A stretch of DNA of 10,609 nucleotides from Candidatus Riflebacteria bacterium HGW-Riflebacteria-2. Lineage in GTDB: Bacteria; Muiribacteriota; Ozemobacteria; Ozemobacterales; Ozemobacteraceae. Under the pieces are notes generated by a model that saw nothing but the letters and a program-made list of their open reading frames with translations, made no database searches and was not told the DNA's origin. Within the stretch, counting starts at the first letter, position 1; each line of letters opens with the position of its first letter. The stretch lies in NCBI GenBank assembly GCA_002839435.1, contig PGYA01000016.1, forward strand, positions 64,001 to 74,609. The letters are read 5' to 3'. The position numbers and the translations under genes were made by a program. Positions 1 to 6,372 of this stretch are shown here, in pieces.

Positions 1-134
1 TTGAGCATTCGCAGTTTTTCGAACCTACCGTCATGATTTCATCCTGGAACGAATGGACAGAAGGCCATTACCTTGAGCCCGACAAAAAGCACGGCTACGC
101 CTGGCTCGAAGCGGTAAGGTCGGTGCACGGCTGA
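1..134 (+). CDS. 3' end of an upstream gene, 5'-partial: C-terminal fragment of a glycan-processing protein resembling the WbsX / GH99-like family
   Basis: Frame 3 is open from the window edge and reads EHSQFFEPTVMISSWNEWTEGHYLEPDKKHGYAWLEAVRSVHG, ending at TGA 132-134. The SWNEWTEGHY block resembles the conserved NEW(G/T)EG C-terminal motif of WbsX-like glycosyltransferase / GH99-like proteins. The stop overlaps the next ATG (TGATG). Confidence 0.45.
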   Translation, partial: EHSQFFEPTVMISSWNEWTEGHYLEPDKKHGYAWLEAVRSVHG

Positions 135-1027
135 TGGATAAGAGATGGCCATTCTTTACGGTAGATGTCGAGCTGACAAATATCTGTGAGCAGAACTGCC
201 GTTTCTGCCCACGTGAAAAGCTGACGCGGCCGTCCGGCTTTATCGACACACAACTGTTGCACAGCATTATGCGTCAGCTCGCTGAAATTGGCTCACGCGT
301 GACCTTTTGTGGAATGGGCAACCCTTTGCTGCACCCGCAATGGGCTGAAATATGCACAATCTGTCATGCCAGCGGCGTCAAATACGGCCTTACCATTCAG
401 GCGCCGGCTCTTATCGAAGCCAATATTTCAAAAATCTGCGAACTCAGGCCGGCGTTTATCGAGGTTTCGTTTCCCAGCATCGATTCCGGGCACTTCGCAA
501 GAATTTATCCGGGCGAGAATCTTGCCAGTTCTCTCAATTCATTGAACCGGCTGGTTGCCGCGCGCGGTTCAGCGCGAGGAATCATCATAACAGCCGTAAG
601 AACCACCGACGACCCGACCGAACCGGCAGAGACCCTTGCTTTCTGGCAACAGAAAGGACTGCTGGTAAGAATACAACAATGCCATTCGCGCGGCGGCAAC
701 CTGCATGGGCAGACAACGACAGAAGCGCGCCGAATAACCAGTTGCGGCCTGTTCGCGACGCACTCGTTCATCACCTGGCAGGGCCTTCTGCTCGCCTGTT
801 GCCACGATCTCGCCGGCGCCACTGCTGTTGCCGATCTCAGGCAACTCTCGCTCGACCAGGCCGCCGCCGCTAAAATCGAAATTCTGCAAAAGCCAATGCC
901 CTGGCCGATCTGCGCAAACTGCGATGAGCCGGCGGCAATCCGCCCCCTGCCCGATCGCCCTTTCCCCGCAACAGAAAAAGCGCGAAGCCGCTATTTAAAA
1001 CGCCTCTGCGCTTCAGATCAGTCGTAA
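134..1027 (+). CDS. Radical SAM protein with a cysteine-rich SPASM/twitch-like C-terminal region
   Basis: 297-aa ORF. Canonical CxxxCxxC (TNICEQNCRFCP) sits at residues ~18-25. A GGE-like SAM-binding motif (FCGMGNPLL) is present. The C-terminal half has seven Cys (QQCH, SCG, ACCHD, PICANCDE) arranged like an auxiliary Fe-S cluster domain. Translationally coupled to the upstream gene by a TGATG overlap. Confidence 0.8.
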   Translation: MDKRWPFFTVDVELTNICEQNCRFCPREKLTRPSGFIDTQLLHSIMRQLAEIGSRVTFCGMGNPLLHPQWAEICTICHASGVKYGLTIQAPALIEANISKICELRPAFIEVSFPSIDSGHFARIYPGENLASSLNSLNRLVAARGSARGIIITAVRTTDDPTEPAETLAFWQQKGLLVRIQQCHSRGGNLHGQTTTEARRITSCGLFATHSFITWQGLLLACCHDLAGATAVADLRQLSLDQAAAAKIEILQKPMPWPICANCDEPAAIRPLPDRPFPATEKARSRYLKRLCASDQS

Positions 1028-1045
1028 TAGTATTTTTTTGGCTAT

Positions 1046-1064
1046 ACTAAACTTACAGTTTAGA
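1046..1064. terminator. Weak AT-rich hairpin between convergent genes; possible bidirectional terminator
   Basis: ctaaac-ttaca-gtttag forms a 6-bp stem with a 5-nt loop, between the plus-strand radical SAM gene (ends 1027) and the minus-strand TPR gene (stop 1107-1109). T-runs flank it on the plus strand. The stem is all A/T, so stability is low. Confidence 0.2.
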
Positions 1065-1106
1065 TTTGACGAAAATTTTTACTCTATTGAGGTTTTGCAA
1101 TGGCTG

Positions 1107-1979
1107 CTACTTCAGTTCGCTCAGTTCTTTGGCCATTTCTTCGAGGGCGCGGGTCAGTTCGACGCGGTGCTCCTGATCGAGATTCTTAGACTCTTTGAGC
1201 GCCTTGCCGGCTTCGCCAAAAGCTTTGCTGGCAGCTTCGCGATCTTTCAGCTTAAGCTGCAGGCGGCAGCGCAGAAAGCTGGTTTCGAGCTGGTAGTCAC
1301 TGCTCACTGAATCGAGCCAGCCCAGTGCCATTTCGTAGTTGCCCTGGCGCATGTGCAGGTTGGCAAGAGCAAAGGCCGGTGCGGTATCGGTCGGATCAAC
1401 GGCGAGACACTCGCTCAGTGCCATTTCGGCTTCGAGAAAACGCCCAAGCTTACTGAGCACGGTGCCCTTGTTGAAAAGCGCTGAACGTCTGACATGTTCA
1501 TTGTGCGCCAGTGCGTGCGCCTGTTCGAAGGCGCTGAGGGCCTGCTCGTTTTCGTCGAGAGCCAGATACATGTTACCGAGGGCGAGGTAAGCCTCGGGGA
1601 ACTGCGCTTTGAGCTCGATAGCTTTGAGCTGGGCGTTTATAGCTTCAGCAAACTTGCTGTTGAAGCCGAGCGCCAGGCCAAAATTATACATGGCTTCAGG
1701 TGATTCGGGGTTTTCGACTACGGCACGCCCGAGAATGGCTTCAGCTTCGCCGGTTTCGCCGGCGGCCAGCAGCCTGGCGCCTTCATTCACCAGCGCAAGC
1801 GAGCCAAGACTGCCGGGATCAACAGAAGCCGGAGCGGCAGCAGCAGAAAGGCCGGTGCGTGGCCTGGCTGGAACCGGTAATATCTCTTGCGCAGAAAGCA
1901 TCGGGCCGTTTGTCAGGCCAACACAGGCAACAGATGCAAGCAAAAGAGTTCGGATGTTGTTTTTTGCAGTATTTTTCAT
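1107..1979 (-). CDS. Secreted tetratricopeptide-repeat (TPR) protein
   Basis: 290 aa with an ATG start. N-terminal signal peptide MKNTAKNNIRTLLLASVACVGLTNGPMLSAQE. Multiple 34-residue TPR-like units follow (AEAILGRAVVENPESPEAMYNFGLALG..., AYLALGNMYLALDENEQALSAFEQA..., AFALANLHMRQGNYEMALGWL...). The start lies 14 bp downstream of the L,D-transpeptidase stop on the same strand, so the two form an operon. Confidence 0.8.
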   Translation of the reverse strand: MKNTAKNNIRTLLLASVACVGLTNGPMLSAQEILPVPARPRTGLSAAAAPASVDPGSLGSLALVNEGARLLAAGETGEAEAILGRAVVENPESPEAMYNFGLALGFNSKFAEAINAQLKAIELKAQFPEAYLALGNMYLALDENEQALSAFEQAHALAHNEHVRRSALFNKGTVLSKLGRFLEAEMALSECLAVDPTDTAPAFALANLHMRQGNYEMALGWLDSVSSDYQLETSFLRCRLQLKLKDREAASKAFGEAGKALKESKNLDQEHRVELTRALEEMAKELSELK

Positions 1980-1993
1980 GGTTAAAACCTGTT

Positions 1994-3196
1994 TCAGTTA
2001 TACTTGCCGGTCACAGATGTGATGATGACAGGAGTTCCGACTTTAACCAGCGAAAAGAGCTCTTCGGCGTCGGCAGTGAACATGCGCACGCAGCCGGCCG
2101 AGGCTTTTGAGCCGATCGACGACGGTGCCGAGGTTCCGTGCATTCCGATGCTGCCGCCCCAGCCAGCGCTCAGGCCCATCCAGCGGGTGCCAAGCGGGTT
2201 GTTGGCCGCGCCACCGGGTATATTCTTGTATTGCGGATTTACCGCTTTGTTGACTATCGAAAAGGCTCCCTGGGGAGTGCGCTTGTCGCCGACCTTCTGC
2301 TTGTTGGCCCCATCTGGGTTCGCACCATAAGCAATCGGGTAGATTCTTACGACCTTGCCGTTCGAATAAACGGTCGAAGTAAAATTGGCTTTGTTGATCA
2401 CGACTTTGTCGACAACAGCGGGATTGCTGCGCACTTTTTTGACTTCGTCAGAACCCTTGGCAAGCAGGCTGTAGATACCGTATTTTGCCCGGAATTCACG
2501 CAGAGCCGCCTGAGTGTCGGCATGGTTGAGCCCTTTCGTCGGCACCAGCTTCGTGTAGGCATTGTAAGCGATCATGAAATCCTGCTGAGCATACTCAACC
2601 AGCTTTGGTTCTGAGCGCTCGATCATCTTTTCGCCGCTGATCAGAGCAATTTGCGTCCAGCCGTCTTTTTCGCCAAGCACCGGAAAGGTTTTGCCGATAG
2701 TGCTTGTTGATACTATCGAATGGCTGGTTGATGGCCCGGATCTGAGGTTTACTTTGTCGAGAATCACCATGATCACCTTGCCGACCTGCGCACACATGTC
2801 GTTGCGCAGCCATGCCGACGGCTGTTGGCTTTCATCGACAGCGGTCACCGCCATGCTGATATTGTGCCAGCCCGACTGCGTTTTGATTACCGGAAACCGG
2901 TCACCGCGGCGCACCTGATCGAGAACCTCATAACCAAGACCCGGGCCTGATCTGACGTTAACCGTTCCCTGGGTAATGCGCAACTGGCCCTTATCGACAA
3001 TACCCATGTCCCCGCGCACCCAGCCACTCTCGCTGGCTGCGGCAGTCGAAGCAGCGACACCCGTTCTGGCGTTTCCAGAAGTCGTCGCCGGGGTATTATC
3101 AACCTCAAATATCGACTGTGCCGATGAAATGAAGGGCAAAACCAGCATGATGGCAAACATCAGCCAGCTCGCGGTTCGCATGAAGCTTTTTCTCAT
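1994..3196 (-). CDS. Exported L,D-transpeptidase (YkuD domain) with N-terminal bacterial SH3-like domains
   Basis: C-terminal YkuD signature: YPIAYGANPDG...NPLGTRWMGLS...GMHGTSAPSSIGSKASAGCVRM (His...Ser-x-Gly-Cys-[VI]-R-M catalytic motif). There are two SH3b-like segments (GTVNVRSGPGLGYEVLDQVRRGDRFPV and VILDKVNLRSGPSTSHSIV). I place the start at the ATG at 3194-3196 (MRKSFMRTASWLMFAIMLVLPFISSAQS, a clear signal peptide) with GGAGGG 8 nt upstream. The ORF-track start at 3223 is a TTG nine codons further upstream and has no RBS. Confidence 0.85.
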   Translation of the reverse strand: MRKSFMRTASWLMFAIMLVLPFISSAQSIFEVDNTPATTSGNARTGVAASTAAASESGWVRGDMGIVDKGQLRITQGTVNVRSGPGLGYEVLDQVRRGDRFPVIKTQSGWHNISMAVTAVDESQQPSAWLRNDMCAQVGKVIMVILDKVNLRSGPSTSHSIVSTSTIGKTFPVLGEKDGWTQIALISGEKMIERSEPKLVEYAQQDFMIAYNAYTKLVPTKGLNHADTQAALREFRAKYGIYSLLAKGSDEVKKVRSNPAVVDKVVINKANFTSTVYSNGKVVRIYPIAYGANPDGANKQKVGDKRTPQGAFSIVNKAVNPQYKNIPGGAANNPLGTRWMGLSAGWGGSIGMHGTSAPSSIGSKASAGCVRMFTADAEELFSLVKVGTPVIITSVTGKYN

Positions 3197-3388
3197 ATTG
3201 GTCCCTCCATGGGTGTCATACAACTATCTGATTATACGAAGATTTGCAGATCAGGTCAATGTAAGTTCTGAAGGGAATGATGGTCTGATATCTGCCATCT
3301 GAGGATTATCAAAAATCATTTTGCATGAAGAACTGATTTTGTTGTCTGAAACAGCCTTATGAAGCCTTTTGTGCAGTTTGCTTACTCT

Positions 3389-3976
3389 TTACAGCAGCGC
3401 TTTTAAAATCAGTGAACGGGCCTGGCTGATATTTCGCGAGACAGCTGGTGGAAAGGGCAAAACGAATACCTGCTCGGCCGTGTCGCTGACGAAGCGGATG
3501 ACGGCGCCGTTTAGCTCCCTGCCCTGCATGGCTTCGGCGAAAAAGAAGCTTTCCATATCGACCAGGCTGGCGTCGTATTTTGCGGCCAGTTGTGCGCGGT
3601 CGTCTCTGGTGATTGCCGGCTGGTCGACAGTTACAACTGCTGCCGGCGGCAGGTCGGCCGGGGCGGGCAGCTCAAGCTGACGACAAGCGTAAAAAAATCT
3701 GTTGCAACAGAACAGCTGGCCCACCTGCAGTTCGGGCGCGAGCGCTCCGGCTGCGCCAAATAGGATTATGCGTCGATAGCTGGCCTGTGTCAGTTCTCTA
3801 TCGAGCAGCGCAAACAAAGGGTCGCCGCCGGCGGCATTGGCTGTGACCAGCCGGCCACCTTTAAAAAACCAGCTTGCAGCGTCTGATTGCCGGCAATCTG
3901 GCAGGATAGCGGCCAGCAGCCTGGCTTCGGCTTTGAACGGCGCCAAAATAAGAGTCTGCGGGTCTGTCGGGCTCAT
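3389..3976 (-). CDS. MTA/SAH-nucleosidase (PNP_UDP_1) family protein, short futalosine-hydrolase-like form; candidate 5'-deoxyadenosine nucleosidase
   Basis: 195 aa. The segments ILFGAAGAL, VVTVDQPAITRDD, SLVDMESFFFAEA and AVIRFVSDTAEQ align by eye with the E. coli Pfs motifs INTGSAGGL, VSGDAFINGS, AVEMEATAIA and VRAISDVADQ. This includes the catalytic Glu in the (V/D)ME context and the Asp of the SD motif. The start overlaps the upstream gene stop by 4 nt (ATGA). Confidence 0.8.
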   Translation of the reverse strand: MSPTDPQTLILAPFKAEARLLAAILPDCRQSDAASWFFKGGRLVTANAAGGDPLFALLDRELTQASYRRIILFGAAGALAPELQVGQLFCCNRFFYACRQLELPAPADLPPAAVVTVDQPAITRDDRAQLAAKYDASLVDMESFFFAEAMQGRELNGAVIRFVSDTAEQVFVLPFPPAVSRNISQARSLILKALL

Positions 3977-5022
3977 TTCTGCAGACTCCGGTCAAGCATC
4001 TTTTTGAGATCCGCGCTGCCGAAAGTTGTGTTTTTTAGGCGTTCCCAGACTTCGGGGGTTTCCATGCACATGTAGATCGGCACGTCGACGAAGTGTTTCT
4101 GCAGACCGGCGCGGGCAAAATTGTAAATCTGCTCGCGGAAAGGCCTGAAATATCTGATCTTACCGTCAGTCGAAGGGTAAAATTCTTCGGCGAGAATGCC
4201 GGTGTCAGGGTGATATTTTTCGACGTTTTCCTGAAACCCTTTTGGGAAGCGAAAAGTGCCCAGGGAAATCCAGTTGATCTTAAGTCCGTGCAGATATTCG
4301 TGCATAAGCGCGAATACTTCTGAATAGCGTTCCTGCCAGTTCTGCAAGGGCAGTAACGGATCGAAATGAAACGCCAGCGCGCAGCCTTTTTCTCGGGCAG
4401 CCGAGGCTGCTGCATTCAGGCGCTCACGCAGTGAGGCCGCGCCATGTTCGAGGCGATCGATGTATTCCTGCGGATTCAGCGAAAAGGCCAGAGTTACGTG
4501 GCGCGCATCTTTTGCCTGCATTATTGCCTTTATATCAGAGCTTTTGCTTTTGACTTCGAGCGTGAAATCAGGCATTCCGGCGGTCCATTCAATGATCGCA
4601 GCGTTGAGCGGGAAAATTCCTTCGAGCGCGAGCGGATCGCCGAACTGGCCGGTGCCAAGTCTGATTGGCCCGCTGATGCGTTCGCGCAGGTCGATGATTT
4701 CTCGGCGGCAGTCTTCCCAGTTCAAGAAAAGTGTTACATCGCCGGCGCCGGTATAATTCTGGATTATGCAGTATTCGCACTCGAACGGGCAGCCCATCCC
4801 CCACTCCACTACCCAGTAACCGCAGCAGACGCTGCCTTTCTGACCCGGACATGGTTTTACAAACGCCCCGCGATTGAGAGTGAGCAGCAGACCATCGCCT
4901 GGATGCTGTTCGCCGCTGACTTCATGCCGCTGCTCAAATTCAATCAGGCTCTCGATCTGTTTTGCCAGCGGCAGATCCTTGACCCGCTCATCAACATAGA
5001 GGTTTTTGAAGCTCAGATTCAT
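3973..5022 (-). CDS. Radical SAM protein of the spore-photoproduct-lyase (SplB/SPL) family
   Basis: 349 aa. The N-terminal NLYVDERVKDLPLAKQIESL matches the SPL N-terminus VYIEPRALEYPLGKELKDKF of B. subtilis SplB. The radical SAM triad GCPFECEYC (C78-x3-C82-x2-C85) sits where SplB has CMGHCHYC. A second block, FSLNPQEYIDRLEHGAASLRERLNAAASAAREKGCALAFHFDPL, matches SplB FSINADYVIKNFEPGTSPLDKRIEAAVKVAKAGYPLGFIVAPI. ATG start with a 2-nt spacer after the ParB-like gene stop. Confidence 0.85.
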   Translation of the reverse strand: MNLSFKNLYVDERVKDLPLAKQIESLIEFEQRHEVSGEQHPGDGLLLTLNRGAFVKPCPGQKGSVCCGYWVVEWGMGCPFECEYCIIQNYTGAGDVTLFLNWEDCRREIIDLRERISGPIRLGTGQFGDPLALEGIFPLNAAIIEWTAGMPDFTLEVKSKSSDIKAIMQAKDARHVTLAFSLNPQEYIDRLEHGAASLRERLNAAASAAREKGCALAFHFDPLLPLQNWQERYSEVFALMHEYLHGLKINWISLGTFRFPKGFQENVEKYHPDTGILAEEFYPSTDGKIRYFRPFREQIYNFARAGLQKHFVDVPIYMCMETPEVWERLKNTTFGSADLKKMLDRSLQK

Positions 5023-5024
5023 TA

Positions 5025-5855
5025 TTAAAGCTCTTCGACGGCCGCGAAAATTGCATCGACTGCGGCCTGAGCTTCGGTTAAACGGCCGCTGTGCCGGCGG
5101 GTCAGATTGCAGGTCAGCTGCATGCCGGGTTTAGAAAACGTCTGGTCGATTTTTATGGTTATTCCTGGCGGCAGCGGGTTTTGTTCGAGGGCACGCGCGA
5201 ATTTGTCGAGCGCATCAGTTCTGCGCGGCTGCGCCAGGCGCTGCAGGTTTTCGAGTGCTTCGGCAGCATTGTTGCCGGGTAGTTTTTCTGGTAGAACTCT
5301 CTTTCGCTGGGCCTGCCGCAAAAACATCGCGATATTGCGCTTTTCAGAGACCGTGCCGGGCATGGTCAGCAGATCAAAGGCAAAAAGCTTCATGTCATCA
5401 CCAAGATGTGCAAGCTCTCGCCATATATTGAGCGGCAGATTATGCTTGCCACATTCAGGATGACAGAGCAGATTGCACCCGATAAAGCGCAGGGCAAGAC
5501 GTAGCTGGGGCGAGTCGGTGCATCCGGCCAGCTTCAACATTTCAGCATGATCTGATGGCGCACAGCTGGCAAATGCGGCTGTCAGCTCGCAAGCACTCAA
5601 CTCTCGATGACTGTTCAATTGAACAAACAGCAACGCCGGCAACCCGGTTGCTTCAATACAGGGCACACTGCTGTGCCCTAGTTCTTTAAGGGCAAGAAGC
5701 CGCCGGTGCCCGTCACAAACAGTGTTCTGAGCGATAACCAGTGGTTGTAAAACACCATTTTCTCTGATGCTGCACAACAATTTCTCTTCAACCGGCGCCG
5801 TGAATGAATCAATCAGTGGCATCAATTCATTTATCTGAACTTCAATAATTTTCAT
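5025..5855 (-). CDS. ParB/Srx-like nuclease-domain (ParBc) protein with a C-terminal extension of unknown function
   Basis: 276 aa with an ATG start. The N-terminal ~90 aa (LIDSFTAPVEEKLLCSIRENGVLQPLVIAQNTVCDGHRRLLALKELG) shows the ParB-like nuclease domain pattern (hydrophobic-DGHHR-l-A-k-lG). The remaining ~180 aa are Cys/His-containing with no motif I recognise. First gene of the three-gene operon. Confidence 0.7.
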   Translation of the reverse strand: MKIIEVQINELMPLIDSFTAPVEEKLLCSIRENGVLQPLVIAQNTVCDGHRRLLALKELGHSSVPCIEATGLPALLFVQLNSHRELSACELTAAFASCAPSDHAEMLKLAGCTDSPQLRLALRFIGCNLLCHPECGKHNLPLNIWRELAHLGDDMKLFAFDLLTMPGTVSEKRNIAMFLRQAQRKRVLPEKLPGNNAAEALENLQRLAQPRRTDALDKFARALEQNPLPPGITIKIDQTFSKPGMQLTCNLTRRHSGRLTEAQAAVDAIFAAVEEL

Positions 5856-5863
5856 GATACCGC

Positions 5864-5892
5864 ATTGTAACGCATACCGGCATCACCATCAA
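5864..5892 (-). promoter_or_regulatory. Candidate sigma70-like promoter for the ParB-like/SPL-like/MTAN-like operon; would give a near-leaderless transcript
   Basis: On the minus strand the sequence reads TTGATG-N17-TACAAT, with the -10 hexamer ending 8 nt before the ATG at 5855. No Shine-Dalgarno precedes this ATG. This assumes sigma70-type promoter rules apply to this organism. Confidence 0.25.
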
Positions 5893-6286
5893 GCAGCATA
5901 AGAGAGTTCATGGTATAACCCGCCCGCCGGCGACAGCTCGGCGGTCTGTTCTGCTCTAGTGGCCGTTACTCAACTAATTCGATCATAATCGAACTATTTG
6001 CATAAATTGTAGTTTAATTCTTTTATGATCAAATTTAATGAGCAGATCTTGTATTGGCAGATGAACCTGCTTGATTTTCTTCTTTAGCAGATAGATCCTG
6101 GAGAGCCGCGGTCTGAATTGGTCGCTGCGCAAAAAAACATACATGAAAGTTGGCTGCATCATATTCTTTTGTACGTATTTTCACTTACAGGCTGTTTGCG
6201 ACTTTTATGTAAGAATTATAGTAGTTCAGATGTAATACCTGTATGTGATTTTGGCTATGATAAGAGAAATGAATCCTCTCTGAATG

Positions 6287-6316
6287 GAGCTGCCTGCGCG
6301 GGCAGCTTCTTTTTCT
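6287..6316 (+). terminator. Canonical Rho-independent terminator (GC-rich hairpin plus T-tract) on the plus strand with no annotated upstream gene
   Basis: The stem agctgcc (6288-6294) pairs with ggcagct (6301-6307) across a 6-nt loop tgcgcg, and g6287:t6308 adds a wobble pair. The stem is followed immediately by tcttttttct. The reverse complement has no U-tract, so orientation is plus. Confidence 0.5.
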
Positions 6317-6372
6317 GAGCTATGATCCACTATTTTTAAATTTTGAGCTGTTTTGCAGCATTGCCCGCATTT

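Noticed and set aside
309-889. Four ORF-track entries inside and antisense to the radical SAM gene (309-545 +, 352-873 +, 505-822 -, 569-889 -)
   Set aside because: All lie entirely within the well-supported 134-1027 radical SAM frame. Their translations are Arg/Ser/Pro-rich and low in complexity, as expected for off-frame readings of a GC-rich gene, and they contain no recognisable motifs.
1038-2110. Plus-strand ORFs 1038-1310, 1339-1590, 1494-1703, 1609-2022 and 1700-2110, antisense to the TPR gene
   Set aside because: They are antisense shadows of the 1107-1979 TPR gene. Their translations are Arg/Ala/Ser-rich with no domains, and they have no RBS/start context.
3197-3223. TTG-initiated 9-codon N-terminal extension of the L,D-transpeptidase (ORF-track start 3223)
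   Set aside because: The ATG at 3194-3196 has a GGAGGG RBS 8 nt upstream and begins a textbook signal peptide. The TTG extension (MYDTHGGTN) has no RBS and would bury the signal peptide.
2004-3302. ORFs 2004-2330 +, 2138-2614 +, 2595-2813 -, 2691-2918 +, 2887-3156 - and 2976-3302 +, overlapping the L,D-transpeptidase gene
   Set aside because: The YkuD/SH3b frame on the minus strand explains the whole interval with strong motifs. The alternatives are antisense or off-frame, with no motifs.
3369-5463. ORFs antisense or off-frame to the MTAN, SPL and ParB-like genes (3369-3680 +, 3613-3846 +, 3887-4075 +, 4035-4415 -, 4093-4323 +, 4444-5028 +, 4460-4756 +, 4589-4852 -, 5091-5282 +, 5107-5463 +)
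   Set aside because: Each lies inside one of three motif-supported minus-strand genes. Their translations are Arg/Ala-rich and typical of antisense frames in GC-rich coding DNA. The longest (4444-5028, 194 aa) is exactly antisense to the SPL radical SAM core.
5972-6030. 8-bp inverted repeat gatcataa ... ttatgatc as the terminal inverted repeats of a mobile element
   Set aside because: It is too short, separated by only ~43 bp, and encloses no transposase. It is more likely an operator-like palindrome or a chance occurrence in AT-rich DNA.
6118-6318. 66-aa ORF in the AT-rich spacer, ending at the orphan terminator
   Set aside because: It starts on TTG with no RBS and has no protein-like composition or motifs. 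I kept the terminator and the possibility of a small transcript as a finding but did not call this a CDS.
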